From a virus (lineage: Duplodnaviria; Caudoviricetes), in the IMG/VR virus record IMGVR_UViG_3300028833_000061, positions 137,402 through 201,401 of that record: DNA of 64,000 nt. One strand, 5' to 3'. Shown piece after piece: positions 30,005 to 38,669 of the stretch. The notes below the pieces were generated by a model. That model was not told the origin of the DNA and searched no databases. It worked only from the letters and a program-made list of their open reading frames with translations. Position 1 is the stretch's first letter; each line of letters starts with the position of its first letter. Position numbers and translations under genes: made by a program.

Positions 30005-31876
30005 CTAATACGTGTAACCACCTTTTCTTCTTACCCCAGGGTCAAAATAATTTCCAAATTCAACACCCTTGGCCAATCCAGGTATAGGATTGGTACTATG
30101 TATGTCTGACGTAGATCCATGCTGTGCGTCGTCTATCAGTCTCTGTTTCAAATACGTAGTTCCAAGCCTGGACACCCAATCTCTATCGGTACCGGTTGAT
30201 TTTACTATCGACTGCATGATTGGCATAACATCTATAGGACGATCGTTGGCCACGATGTCGTCTCCTACTCCAAACTTATCCAGGTCTTTAGCGACCCGAC
30301 GCGTTATCTTTGTGCCTATAGTGTAATGCAGCGCAGGCTGCTCAAGATACTTGCCTACAAGAGACGATGCCTTGCCACGCACAGAATCAGGTCTCGGCGA
30401 ATATCCACGAGACCATGTAGTATACGTAGTGACATCTCCTGGCAGAAGCTTCCCCTCAGAATCCTCGTTCTCTATCTCGACGTGATTTACAAGTGCTCTT
30501 GCGATAGATTCAACGTTACGCCTATGCGCCGAATATCCAGAGTCGCGAATGGCCTGTGTGAATCTTTCTGCGAAATACCTGCGTCCTTCGCCTATACCCT
30601 TGTACTTCACGACGTCCTTAGGATCTAGCACTCCATCGGAAATCTGATCTCCTGCCTCAAGCTCATCTCCATTCTTAACAAGAAGAGAATATCCAGGCGC
30701 AACATAATGCTGTTCGCCGCCTATTACAACGTACTCTCCGCCCTGCGGTGCCTTCTCTATGGAATCTACAGTTCCATCCTTTTTCGCAACTACAGCTCTA
30801 TCAGGATAATTTTCAGGCACTGTTGTGAGTGCCTTTATCATATTAAAGCCCTGGTATTTGCCGGCGCCGCTAGTAAGGCGACCTGAATGCTTTGTTGACA
30901 GACCAGCCTGTGCAATTCTCTCACTTATGGCGGAAGCCGCAGTAACACCGAGATTATAGCCAATCTCAGGAAACTTTCCGTTCTCTCGTATTCCTGCACA
31001 GTGTGCGCAAATTCCGCTGCTTGCCTGACACGTGACAGGTGACCTCACGGCTATGTCTTTTACACCGTCCTTTACAAAATCCTGTATGGTTGCCTTCGTG
31101 ATAACTTCGCCTGCCTTATGGCCACCGGCATCATATGCAAGTACCGATCCTATGTTGTCTTTGTCGGTAGCAGACACCGGCATGCCATACTTTGATCCGC
31201 AATCATCCTCTGTCACAACCTGATCTATGGCAAGAGAAGCCAACAGCTTTCCAAGTTCTCCTCCCTTTCGTGTCGCCTGTTTACCTGCGACAACACCGTT
31301 TCTGGCACCGTAAGAGCCAGCCCATAACTCAGCAGGAGAAAGCCCGTCAGCGTATGAATGCCTAATAAACATAGGTATCGGCTTGCCCTTGGTGTCGGTA
31401 TACACACCAGGAGAAGCAAGTAACGCTCCTAACTGAGCCTTGTTTCCTCTCGCCTTGGATTTTACCTGCATCGCGAAAGGGTTGTCATTCTTCAGTGCAG
31501 AATCATATGCACTGTCAAACATAAGACCAGTCATATCTGTATATAACTTGTCCAGAAGAGACCTCTTCTCGTCTTTTGATAACGACTTATCAGCAAGAAT
31601 CCTATTCTCCTGCTCGTCCATCATCTTGTAGACGGCAGACCTGTCAAACGGCGGAAGAGTATCTGACAGCCTAAGCGTTACTCCGCTTTCTACGGCTCCT
31701 CTGTTTCCAAGCTTAAGAAGCTTGTACGATATATCTTTGTATTTGTCCGGTTGCTCGTTTGCTATTTTCGACAGCAACTCGCTGATCCCGTCGGCACCCA
31801 TGACCCTTGTATAGTCACGGTACTCCGGCGGGATCGCATCATTTACGAATATCTGACCTACTGTCGTGCTTAGCAT
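30005..31876 (-). CDS. rpoC: DNA-directed RNA polymerase beta' subunit, C-terminal part
   Basis: STTVGQ, KARGNKAQL, bridge helix SYADGLS...YGARNG...GGELGKLL, VTEDDCG, Zn site RSPVTC..GICAHC, trigger loop GVTAASAISERIAQAGLSTKH. Confidence 0.95.
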   Translation of the reverse strand: MLSTTVGQIFVNDAIPPEYRDYTRVMGADGISELLSKIANEQPDKYKDISYKLLKLGNRGAVESGVTLRLSDTLPPFDRSAVYKMMDEQENRILADKSLSKDEKRSLLDKLYTDMTGLMFDSAYDSALKNDNPFAMQVKSKARGNKAQLGALLASPGVYTDTKGKPIPMFIRHSYADGLSPAELWAGSYGARNGVVAGKQATRKGGELGKLLASLAIDQVVTEDDCGSKYGMPVSATDKDNIGSVLAYDAGGHKAGEVITKATIQDFVKDGVKDIAVRSPVTCQASSGICAHCAGIRENGKFPEIGYNLGVTAASAISERIAQAGLSTKHSGRLTSGAGKYQGFNMIKALTTVPENYPDRAVVAKKDGTVDSIEKAPQGGEYVVIGGEQHYVAPGYSLLVKNGDELEAGDQISDGVLDPKDVVKYKGIGEGRRYFAERFTQAIRDSGYSAHRRNVESIARALVNHVEIENEDSEGKLLPGDVTTYTTWSRGYSPRPDSVRGKASSLVGKYLEQPALHYTIGTKITRRVAKDLDKFGVGDDIVANDRPIDVMPIMQSIVKSTGTDRDWVSRLGTTYLKQRLIDDAQHGSTSDIHSTNPIPGLAKGVEFGNYFDPGVRRKGGYTY

Positions 31877-32553
31877 TACCTAGCCGACCTGGCAACCGCT
31901 TTGTTGTAGAACGCGGCAACCTTGGCGGTAGGAACACCGCGCTGTACGCATCTGACGACGAATCCCTGTGTAAACGGATCCAGTCTTGCAAACATATCTT
32001 CAGCGCGTTTCTGTCTCTCTGCGGCGGATGCCTGCTTTTGCAGATTGCTTGCTGCAACGGCTGCTACGTACCTAGGATCGACGCCTCGTTCCTCGCAACG
32101 CTTCACAAAACCAGCCTGGTATGCCCTTGTCTCTGTGCTGTTCATTTCTGATGTCTTCTCCTGCTCGTCATTCGAAGAGTCTTCGTTTTTCTTCTTTTTC
32201 TTGTTCTCCTCGTCTGCCACATGCTTATCATAGTCCTTGGCGTACCCTCTAAGGCGCTTATCCTCGAGATAGTTGACAAGCTTCGCCCATCCGGCACCAT
32301 TTAGCATTCCAGCTCCACCGCCAGCAAGGCCACCAACAACAGTTCCAGCAGGACCACCAGCCGACCCAATCATCGCCCCAAGAACACCGCCAAGCGCGCC
32401 ATCCACTCCCATATTCCACTTATAGTTACTTGCACGACCGTTAAGATATCTCTCATAATCTGATGCGTCGTCGAACTCGGGCAAATTCAAGAGTCTTCTG
32501 GCGGCTGCATACTCCTCTGGTGTCAGTCTCTTAGCTTTCTTCTGCATGTGCAT
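31876..32553 (-). CDS. Glycine-zipper protein with two GF motifs and KxA sites
   Basis: MQKKAK; GALGGVLGAMIGSAGGPAG..; AYQAGFVKRCEERGVDP..KQAS; FTQGFVVRCVQRGV. Confidence 0.6.
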   Translation of the reverse strand: MHMQKKAKRLTPEEYAAARRLLNLPEFDDASDYERYLNGRASNYKWNMGVDGALGGVLGAMIGSAGGPAGTVVGGLAGGGAGMLNGAGWAKLVNYLEDKRLRGYAKDYDKHVADEENKKKKKNEDSSNDEQEKTSEMNSTETRAYQAGFVKRCEERGVDPRYVAAVAASNLQKQASAAERQKRAEDMFARLDPFTQGFVVRCVQRGVPTAKVAAFYNKAVARSAR

Positions 32554-32557
32554 TCTC

Positions 32558-33103
32558 CTAGCTTAAAGCGGACATGAGCATGTTCTTCAGATCCTTGACC
32601 TCATCAGCCAAAGCCTGATTTCCGTTGTCAGGAGCAGGCTGTGCCTGAGGCTGTGCGGGTGCTCCGCCGTTTATCTTCTGAGCAAGCTTAGATATCTTGT
32701 CAAACGCAGCAAGAAGCTGTGAGAATGTCAGCTTGATGTATGGCTCACCTTCTGGAGACATCTCCTCTCCGCCAGCAGGCGGAGGTTGCATGCCTGCTGC
32801 AGCTGGGTCTCCTGCCGGAGGTGCAGGAGGCATACCTCCCTGAGGAGGCATTCCGCCACCCATCATTGACGGATCTATTGGCATTCCAGTGCTTGGATCA
32901 ATCGGCATGCCCGTGCTTGGATCGACTGGCATACCCGTGGCCGGGTCAATCGGCATACCTGTGGCCGGGTCAATCGGCATTCCAGTTGCAGGATCTACCT
33001 GTTGTCCGCCACCCTGTGCGGCTGGATCTCCTCCTGCCGGAACAAAAGCCTGCTTCTTGAAGCCGGCTTTAACCTTAGCCAGCAAATCTTTGTCTAGAGC
33101 CAT
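32558..33103 (-). CDS. Pro/Gly/Met-rich repeat protein with a KAGFKKQA leader
   Basis: MALDKDLLAKVKAGFKKQA followed by DP[AS]TGMP[IV] repeats. Confidence 0.65.
   Translation of the reverse strand: MALDKDLLAKVKAGFKKQAFVPAGGDPAAQGGGQQVDPATGMPIDPATGMPIDPATGMPVDPSTGMPIDPSTGMPIDPSMMGGGMPPQGGMPPAPPAGDPAAAGMQPPPAGGEEMSPEGEPYIKLTFSQLLAAFDKISKLAQKINGGAPAQPQAQPAPDNGNQALADEVKDLKNMLMSALS
32871..32998 (-). repeat. Tandem 24-bp / 8-aa repeat DP[AS]TGMP[IV], five copies plus a partial
   Basis: Directly visible; the copies differ mostly at synonymous positions. Confidence 0.9.
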
Positions 33104-33112
33104 TTGTTGTCC

Positions 33113-33685
33113 TTACTTTTTGTATCTTATCACGTTAGACCGCTTCCTGCCGTCCTTGCTTAGTATCAGAAAAATAAATTCAGACGCAGCTGAACACTCG
33201 TTATTGTTCCAACCGCCGTATCCGTCCTTTATATTCTTCCAGCTCCTGGACGTCCTTGACGTTGAAATCCAATCCATCTTACCACATTTATAGATATTAT
33301 CAAACCTGTATCCGAAAACTGCCAAGGCTGACGCGTCGTTATCCGCAAGGCCCCATTCCTTAAGTGTTCTGCGAAATCTCGCTCTGGCCCACGCGTAAGA
33401 GAACTTACTGCCTACTGTGACTCTAAGATTTCGTATCTGCACTCCGGCGTGTTCTACCGCCTTCGAGCCGTCTACTCCGCCATACACCCATTTAAGCTTA
33501 GAAAAATCAACCTCGTCGCCCGACTTTTTGTTGTCATTTGCCGTGTCCGGGACAACAAACAGGTCCGCGTCTGGCTGCGTGGCATTTGACGTTTCTGGAT
33601 CAACGCCAAGCTTCTTCAGGATCCTGTTTATGAATCTCTGAAGTTCTTTCTTGATTTTATCTTTTAACTTGCTCATGGTGCTCAT
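33113..33685 (-). CDS. Hypothetical Trp-rich protein (likely start ATG 33676)
   Basis: VDFSKLKWVYGG...GKMDWISTSRTSR; has its own promoter. Confidence 0.6.
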   Translation of the reverse strand: MSTMSKLKDKIKKELQRFINRILKKLGVDPETSNATQPDADLFVVPDTANDNKKSGDEVDFSKLKWVYGGVDGSKAVEHAGVQIRNLRVTVGSKFSYAWARARFRRTLKEWGLADNDASALAVFGYRFDNIYKCGKMDWISTSRTSRSWKNIKDGYGGWNNNECSAASEFIFLILSKDGRKRSNVIRYKK

Positions 33686-33714
33686 ATAGTAACAGTTAAA
33701 AAAAGATTTAACAA
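33686..33714 (-). promoter_or_regulatory. Putative sigma70-type promoter
   Basis: TTGTTA-N17-TACTAT with a TG extension. Confidence 0.5.
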
Positions 33715-33721
33715 TATAAAC

Positions 33722-34159
33722 CTAAGCGACCATACGCCATCCAGGAAGACCATACTTGTCCGTCGCATCCTTTAGCACGTTCGCAACGAGATACAACTTC
33801 CACCTCTTCCACTGCCACCATCTGAATTTCTTTCTTGCTATAAGCCTTGTATTGTCCTTGAGCTGTTTATTCACAAGATGAAACTCATCCAACGTGCCAC
33901 CCTTGTAATACTTCAAATCGTGTATTGCAACAGCCTCCAGATCGTCTCGCAACAGACTAGACAATATATACCTTATATACGCAGGAAACCTGTCCGGTCC
34001 GACGCCGTTATACTGCTCTCTAAGAACTTCCTCAGGATAAGAATCAAAGATGTCCGCCCCACTCAGTCCGAGTGCTTTTGCAGATTTCACAAGATCCATT
34101 ATGTCTGGAAGCGGGCGGAGAGACTCCGCCTCTACGGTCGTTAGCTCAGAATTACTCAT
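33722..34159 (-). CDS. Phospholipase A2-like / DUF1353-like HD protein
   Basis: YNGVGP...AVAIHDLKYYKGG..., basic and Trp-rich C-terminus. Confidence 0.5.
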   Translation of the reverse strand: MSNSELTTVEAESLRPLPDIMDLVKSAKALGLSGADIFDSYPEEVLREQYNGVGPDRFPAYIRYILSSLLRDDLEAVAIHDLKYYKGGTLDEFHLVNKQLKDNTRLIARKKFRWWQWKRWKLYLVANVLKDATDKYGLPGWRMVA

Positions 34160-34165
34160 GCTGAA

Positions 34166-34194
34166 AAAGTATCACAGTAGCCAAAAAGAAGCAA
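34166..34194 (-). promoter_or_regulatory. Putative sigma70-type promoter, leaderless
   Basis: TTGCTT-N17-TACTTT with a TG extension; ATG 6 nt after the -10; no SD. Confidence 0.5.
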
Positions 34195-34215
34195 CAGCTT
34201 GCATTATAATTGAAA

Positions 34216-34246
34216 CAGAACCTGGGCCGTAAAAGCCCAGGTTCTG
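34216..34246 (-). terminator. Terminator-like hairpin
   Basis: Perfect 12-bp stem CAGAACCTGGGC/GCCCAGGTTCTG. Confidence 0.7.
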
Positions 34247-34264
34247 CATCCGTACACCTACATA

Positions 34265-35455
34265 CTACGGTCTAGTCGATTCCTCGCCAAGCCCTATAAG
34301 AAGGCGAAGCTCCTCAGGTGTTAGCTTTCTTTTCTTGTTGCGAGAGCCTGTATCAACACCGTCTATCCCGCGAAGGAGCAAATAACCCTGTGGAGATATC
34401 GAGCCCAGTGGAGCTGCGTTACCAGACGCAGACGTCTGCGGCTTACCCGCTGTCTCCTGAAGCTTCTTATACTGCTCGATTACCTGTCTTGCTTTCTCTT
34501 CTTCACGCAGTCTCTGAAGATCCGCCTCATCCTGTTCCTTAGCAAGCTGCTCCGCCTTTGCTTTCGATGCGAACGACTTGTCTGCCTCAGAGCCGGCCCT
34601 GAGCTTCTGAGACTGCTCCTGTGCGGCAAGTATTTGTCTGAGCAGCGGCGACATTGTTATGCCTGCTATTTCATCAGATCCGTTACCTGCCGTAGAGCCC
34701 CACAAAGGAACGTCAACTGTCTCTTTTACAATGCGACTTGGTTTAAAACCATCAGGAAATAGCTCACGCTGCTTAGCATTGGCTGCCTCTATAAGCTCGT
34801 TGTCATGCTTTATTTTGTTCGCCTTTTGAAGCCACTCCGCATACAGTTTCTTGTTCATCGCCGCTTCTCGTTTGGCGAGATTCCGATTCAGCTCAATTGC
34901 TCGATTATTAGCTTCTCTTACATCTTGGCCCATCAAATATCTCGTTGGATGAAGCAATCCACCATATGTATTTTGTCTTACCTCTTCCTCCGACATCACA
35001 GGTGCTCTCTTAAGCTTTATAGGCTTAAAAGGCGGTGGATAGCTAATCAGTTCCTGATCTTTGACTTTTTCGCCTCTGACAGGATATGAAATGTTTACAG
35101 AAGCATTATTAAAACCGTTAGTTATGGAGGCTAAACCACCTGGAAGTGTAACAAATCTATCTGTAGCAAGCGGACCGGCAGCATCTGGAGGAAGTATGTG
35201 GTTGATCATTGCTGGATCAGACAGTCTGAATGTCACTGGCTCGGTAGACGACAGATCGTAAAAGCCGCTCTTAAGCTTGTCCTCCTCTTCGCCAGGAGCG
35301 AGACGTACTCCTCCTCCAAGAGGACCTGTTGGCCTGTCAAGACTGCTAGGAGATGTGTCCTCAGGTTTAAGCGGAAGGCCACCGGGCAGTACAACCATGT
35401 CGGCTGCCAACTTCCTCATCGCAGACACGAAGCCATTCTTGAAATTATTCGTCAT
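34265..35455 (-). CDS. Leader-bearing putative capsid cargo protein (396 aa)
   Basis: MTNNFKNGFVSAMRKLAA leader; SD CAGGAG. Confidence 0.65.
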   Translation of the reverse strand: MTNNFKNGFVSAMRKLAADMVVLPGGLPLKPEDTSPSSLDRPTGPLGGGVRLAPGEEEDKLKSGFYDLSSTEPVTFRLSDPAMINHILPPDAAGPLATDRFVTLPGGLASITNGFNNASVNISYPVRGEKVKDQELISYPPPFKPIKLKRAPVMSEEEVRQNTYGGLLHPTRYLMGQDVREANNRAIELNRNLAKREAAMNKKLYAEWLQKANKIKHDNELIEAANAKQRELFPDGFKPSRIVKETVDVPLWGSTAGNGSDEIAGITMSPLLRQILAAQEQSQKLRAGSEADKSFASKAKAEQLAKEQDEADLQRLREEEKARQVIEQYKKLQETAGKPQTSASGNAAPLGSISPQGYLLLRGIDGVDTGSRNKKRKLTPEELRLLIGLGEESTRP

Positions 35456-35553
35456 GTTTACTCCTGTAGATGGATTAAATCTGTTTAAAGAATACCATAG
35501 CTAAAAAAAAAGCAAAAGACTATTTATTATAGATGAGGAATTATGGAGGTGTT

Positions 35554-36792
35554 CTACCATTCTTTGTCTATATTCTTCTCGAGCCACCCGCCACGCTGAT
35601 GCCTGTTACCGTGCACCTTGTGCACTATATTCGTTCCGTTTATGTGATAGCCATTATAACCGAGATGGTCTCCCTCTGCAGGAATTACTCGAATACCAAT
35701 CCTCGTGTTGTTCGATATCACGATCTTCTTGCCGTTCTTAAGCCTAAGTACGATCTCGTCGTGGCCATCTGTCTTATCTGGAGTAAACGACTCGACCTCT
35801 CCTTCGCCAGACTCGTAGGTCTCACTCTTAGAGGATGCCTTCTTCTCAACGACCTTGTCGATGTTTCCTGAGCTGAAGCCCATGGACCCATACTTCTTGT
35901 TATCGAATTCAACGACGAACGACTTCCAGCCGTGCTTGTTTTCAGGGTCTATGCGCACGATCGTGCCTATATGGCCCTTCTGTTGGCATCTGATGTTGTC
36001 TGAAACCTTTACACGATCCCCGACTGAGAACGACTTCTCCTTTTCCTTCAGCTCATCCTCGGTAGGAAACTTTGAGTTCGGAAACAGCTTCTTTAGGTCG
36101 AGCGAAGAGGCCTTCTTCTCTGCCACGTTGTATACGAGCTTCCTGTAGCCTTTCGCGTTCTTCGGAGTGGCGTCCTCGAACCCTGCTGACAGGGCGGCCC
36201 GTATCGACGGTTCGTTGTCTGCGAACGCCTCCCACAATAGCCTTTTGACATTCTCCTTCCTGGCTTTCCTGACGGCCGCCTCCACCATGATCTTGGCTAG
36301 ACCGTTTCCACGGGCCTCCGAAGAAACGGCAATTATATTGTGAGGAGGAAGTTTCCTGCCTCTCTTGTCCTTGCGCGAGTAAAACTCCTGGAACCCTACG
36401 GGATCGCCTTTTCCGTCAACTACGACCTGCCTGTCGAACAGTATGTCGTCTGGTACCTTGCGAAGGAAGTCAGGATGTCTTGGAACAAGGTTTGCCCTGT
36501 CGTCGAAGTCAAGCTTGTCGAACACCTTGAGTGTGTCCTCGTACGTTGGATCCTTCTTGAGGCTATACGATTCGGCCTTCTTGCTCCAATCCTCGTACGG
36601 ATCAGCTCCGTGTTCCAGCTCCCATTTTATCTGAGCTTCCCTAGCATTCCTTACTGCAGGATTGCCGTTGTTGCTTATGCCAGACGCACCGTCCGTTACG
36701 ATGAAGAAGTTCAGGCCTTGCTTCTTTGCAAGCCTGTTCACGGCGTCAACCAGCTTACGTGCCTTAATCAGCTTTTTCTCTTCCGGTGTCAT
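35554..36792 (-). CDS. Four-domain polyprotein: small domain / GNAT acetyltransferase / SH3-KOW-like / DUF3465-like OB fold
   Basis: GNAT IAVSSEARGNGLAK..DNEPSIRAALSAGF; FSVGDRVKV..GTIV..FVVEFD; GEVE..HDEIVLRLKNGKKIVISNN..GDHL..VH..H..GWL. The domains are separated by KKA. Confidence 0.75.
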   Translation of the reverse strand: MTPEEKKLIKARKLVDAVNRLAKKQGLNFFIVTDGASGISNNGNPAVRNAREAQIKWELEHGADPYEDWSKKAESYSLKKDPTYEDTLKVFDKLDFDDRANLVPRHPDFLRKVPDDILFDRQVVVDGKGDPVGFQEFYSRKDKRGRKLPPHNIIAVSSEARGNGLAKIMVEAAVRKARKENVKRLLWEAFADNEPSIRAALSAGFEDATPKNAKGYRKLVYNVAEKKASSLDLKKLFPNSKFPTEDELKEKEKSFSVGDRVKVSDNIRCQQKGHIGTIVRIDPENKHGWKSFVVEFDNKKYGSMGFSSGNIDKVVEKKASSKSETYESGEGEVESFTPDKTDGHDEIVLRLKNGKKIVISNNTRIGIRVIPAEGDHLGYNGYHINGTNIVHKVHGNRHQRGGWLEKNIDKEW

Positions 36793-37097
36793 TAAAATCT
36801 AAACTGAAAGCCGGTAACAGGTGCTCCGCTTCCATGTCTTATGTTAAGCGCGTTCACCAAAGGTTTGAAAACCCACTGATTCCTCTGCAGCCAGTTAGGC
36901 TTTTTATAGTGCTCAAGTCCGGGAAGATCTGTTTCTTTCGGCGAATCAGACAAAGAAGCAGCAGAAGACACTGCCTGTAGTCCAGCTGTAGCTGGTGCGT
37001 GTCCTCCCATCCATACAGACGCGAAAGGCAGTGACAAATCTGGCTTCTGCTCTTCTGCCAGCTTGTCCATGAATCCGCGTTTAAAATTTTCCGTCAT
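36792..37097 (-). CDS. Leader-bearing putative cargo protein (101 aa)
   Basis: MTENFKRGFMDKLA leader. Confidence 0.6.
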   Translation of the reverse strand: MTENFKRGFMDKLAEEQKPDLSLPFASVWMGGHAPATAGLQAVSSAASLSDSPKETDLPGLEHYKKPNWLQRNQWVFKPLVNALNIRHGSGAPVTGFQFRF

Positions 37098-37160
37098 TTT
37101 TAAAACCTTTATGCTACTATATCACATAAAGAGCAATTTTAACACACAAAGGGCCTGCAG

Positions 37161-38048
37161 ATGACAAACAACTTCAAACGCGGTTTTACAGACGCTATCA
37201 GCACAATGCAGAAACAGGCCGCACTATCGTGGCGCCCATGGAGGTGGGGCAAAAACAACGCAGAAACGGGAAACAAGTACAACTGGGGAGATTTATGGAC
37301 TGGGCTTGGGGCCGCCGGTGCCCAGACGATGAAAGCAATGTCTCGTGCCGGACACGATCTTGCTAGAGGCGCAAGTTCTCTTCTAGGGCAAAGTGACTGG
37401 GTTGATAAAATAAACAAATCCGAAAAATATACAGATAATTTCTGGAACGAACATACTCCTGGCGGACAGGACTCTGTAAACACATTTGAATACGACCCGG
37501 GTGCGAGACAGGCACTAAGAGCAACTGAATTGATAGGTGCTACTCTTCCTGGTGCGGTCGCAGGGCCATATGGTTTGCTTGCCACGACTGCTGCAACAAA
37601 GGCGGGAACAAGACCGGACACTGGAGTGAAGAGCATTTCTTGGGATGAAAACGGAAGACCTGTTCCTGAGCTAGTTAATGCGGATCCGGCGTACAAGGCC
37701 TGGGATAATGCAACCGGCTTCATGCCATATACGTGGGTTGGAAACCTCACAGGGGAGGTTAACAACGAGATGGCAGACTCAAACTCAGACAAATACTCGG
37801 CTGGCAATGTCGTTGGAGCCGGAGCAACCGGGCTTACCATGGGTGCCATCGATAGAGCGCTTCGATACGCTGGAAGAAAATGGCCAGCCTTAACCGCTGC
37901 CGGAGCAACTCTTGCAGGAGCAGGTACTGGAGCCTGGAGAGCAAAGCCATTCTTGCGCGAATGGAATGAAAATCTAGACACCCTACGTGGAGACGCAGAA
38001 ACAGCGCGCCCCGACGTACTTCTGCACAGAACAAACCCTCAAAGGTAA
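37161..38048 (+). CDS. Leader-bearing Gly/Ala-rich putative cargo protein (only supported + strand gene)
   Basis: MTNNFKRGFTDAISTMQKQAA leader; several Gly/Ala hydrophobic stretches. Confidence 0.7.
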   Translation: MTNNFKRGFTDAISTMQKQAALSWRPWRWGKNNAETGNKYNWGDLWTGLGAAGAQTMKAMSRAGHDLARGASSLLGQSDWVDKINKSEKYTDNFWNEHTPGGQDSVNTFEYDPGARQALRATELIGATLPGAVAGPYGLLATTAATKAGTRPDTGVKSISWDENGRPVPELVNADPAYKAWDNATGFMPYTWVGNLTGEVNNEMADSNSDKYSAGNVVGAGATGLTMGAIDRALRYAGRKWPALTAAGATLAGAGTGAWRAKPFLREWNENLDTLRGDAETARPDVLLHRTNPQR

Positions 38049-38077
38049 AAAAAGCCGACGATTTTTACGTCGCCGGC
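38047..38077 (-). terminator. Terminator between convergent genes
   Basis: Bulged GCCGACG/CGTCG(CC)GGC hairpin next to an A7 run. Confidence 0.5.
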
Positions 38078-38096
38078 TCTGTAGTTGTGTAGGCCG

Positions 38097-38546
38097 CTAA
38101 GTTTGCGTGGTTGTTTGAACCTTTTTTATCTTTTCAACGTATGGATCCGTAGATTTCTTTAGCCAGCCCTGAGGACCACCGTTGTGTATTCGAATAAGCA
38201 CTTCGATGGTTGCGGGTTTTCCTGTGCGACGAGTATATGCCGAACCGTACCGAGTAAGATACGCTCTTGCAACCTCATAGGACTTAGCCCTGTCCTTCAT
38301 GTCGTTCAGGGTATATGAAAGGCGGGAGTCGGTCAAGTAGGGCTGCTGGATCTGAAGGCAACCGACAGATAGCTTTCCGTTGGTGTCGGTGACGACCACG
38401 TCGGTCCTGCCGTTGCTTTCAACAATAGCAACTGCATCGAGAAACGACGTCCAGTCGGCGTCGGTAGTCGGAATAGTCGAAAGGTCGATTCCGAAGGAGT
38501 TGATGACCATGCAGAACGCCACGACCATGGCTGCGAGTTTTTTCAT
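38097..38546 (-). CDS. Secreted lysozyme-fold muramidase (destabilase/i-type-like)
   Basis: Signal peptide MKKLAAMVVAFCMVINSFG; catalytic VESNG, GCLQI, RIHNGGPQG. Confidence 0.8.
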   Translation of the reverse strand: MKKLAAMVVAFCMVINSFGIDLSTIPTTDADWTSFLDAVAIVESNGRTDVVVTDTNGKLSVGCLQIQQPYLTDSRLSYTLNDMKDRAKSYEVARAYLTRYGSAYTRRTGKPATIEVLIRIHNGGPQGWLKKSTDPYVEKIKKVQTTTQT

Positions 38547-38669
38547 TTGTTTTTTTTTTGTTAAAAAGAATCACGGGCATCAGGAATTGATGTCCGCTTC
38601 TTTTTACCAGGTATCCAACCCGGCATTATATTATAACGCTCAAAAGTCTATTTTTATTCTTACGCAGCA

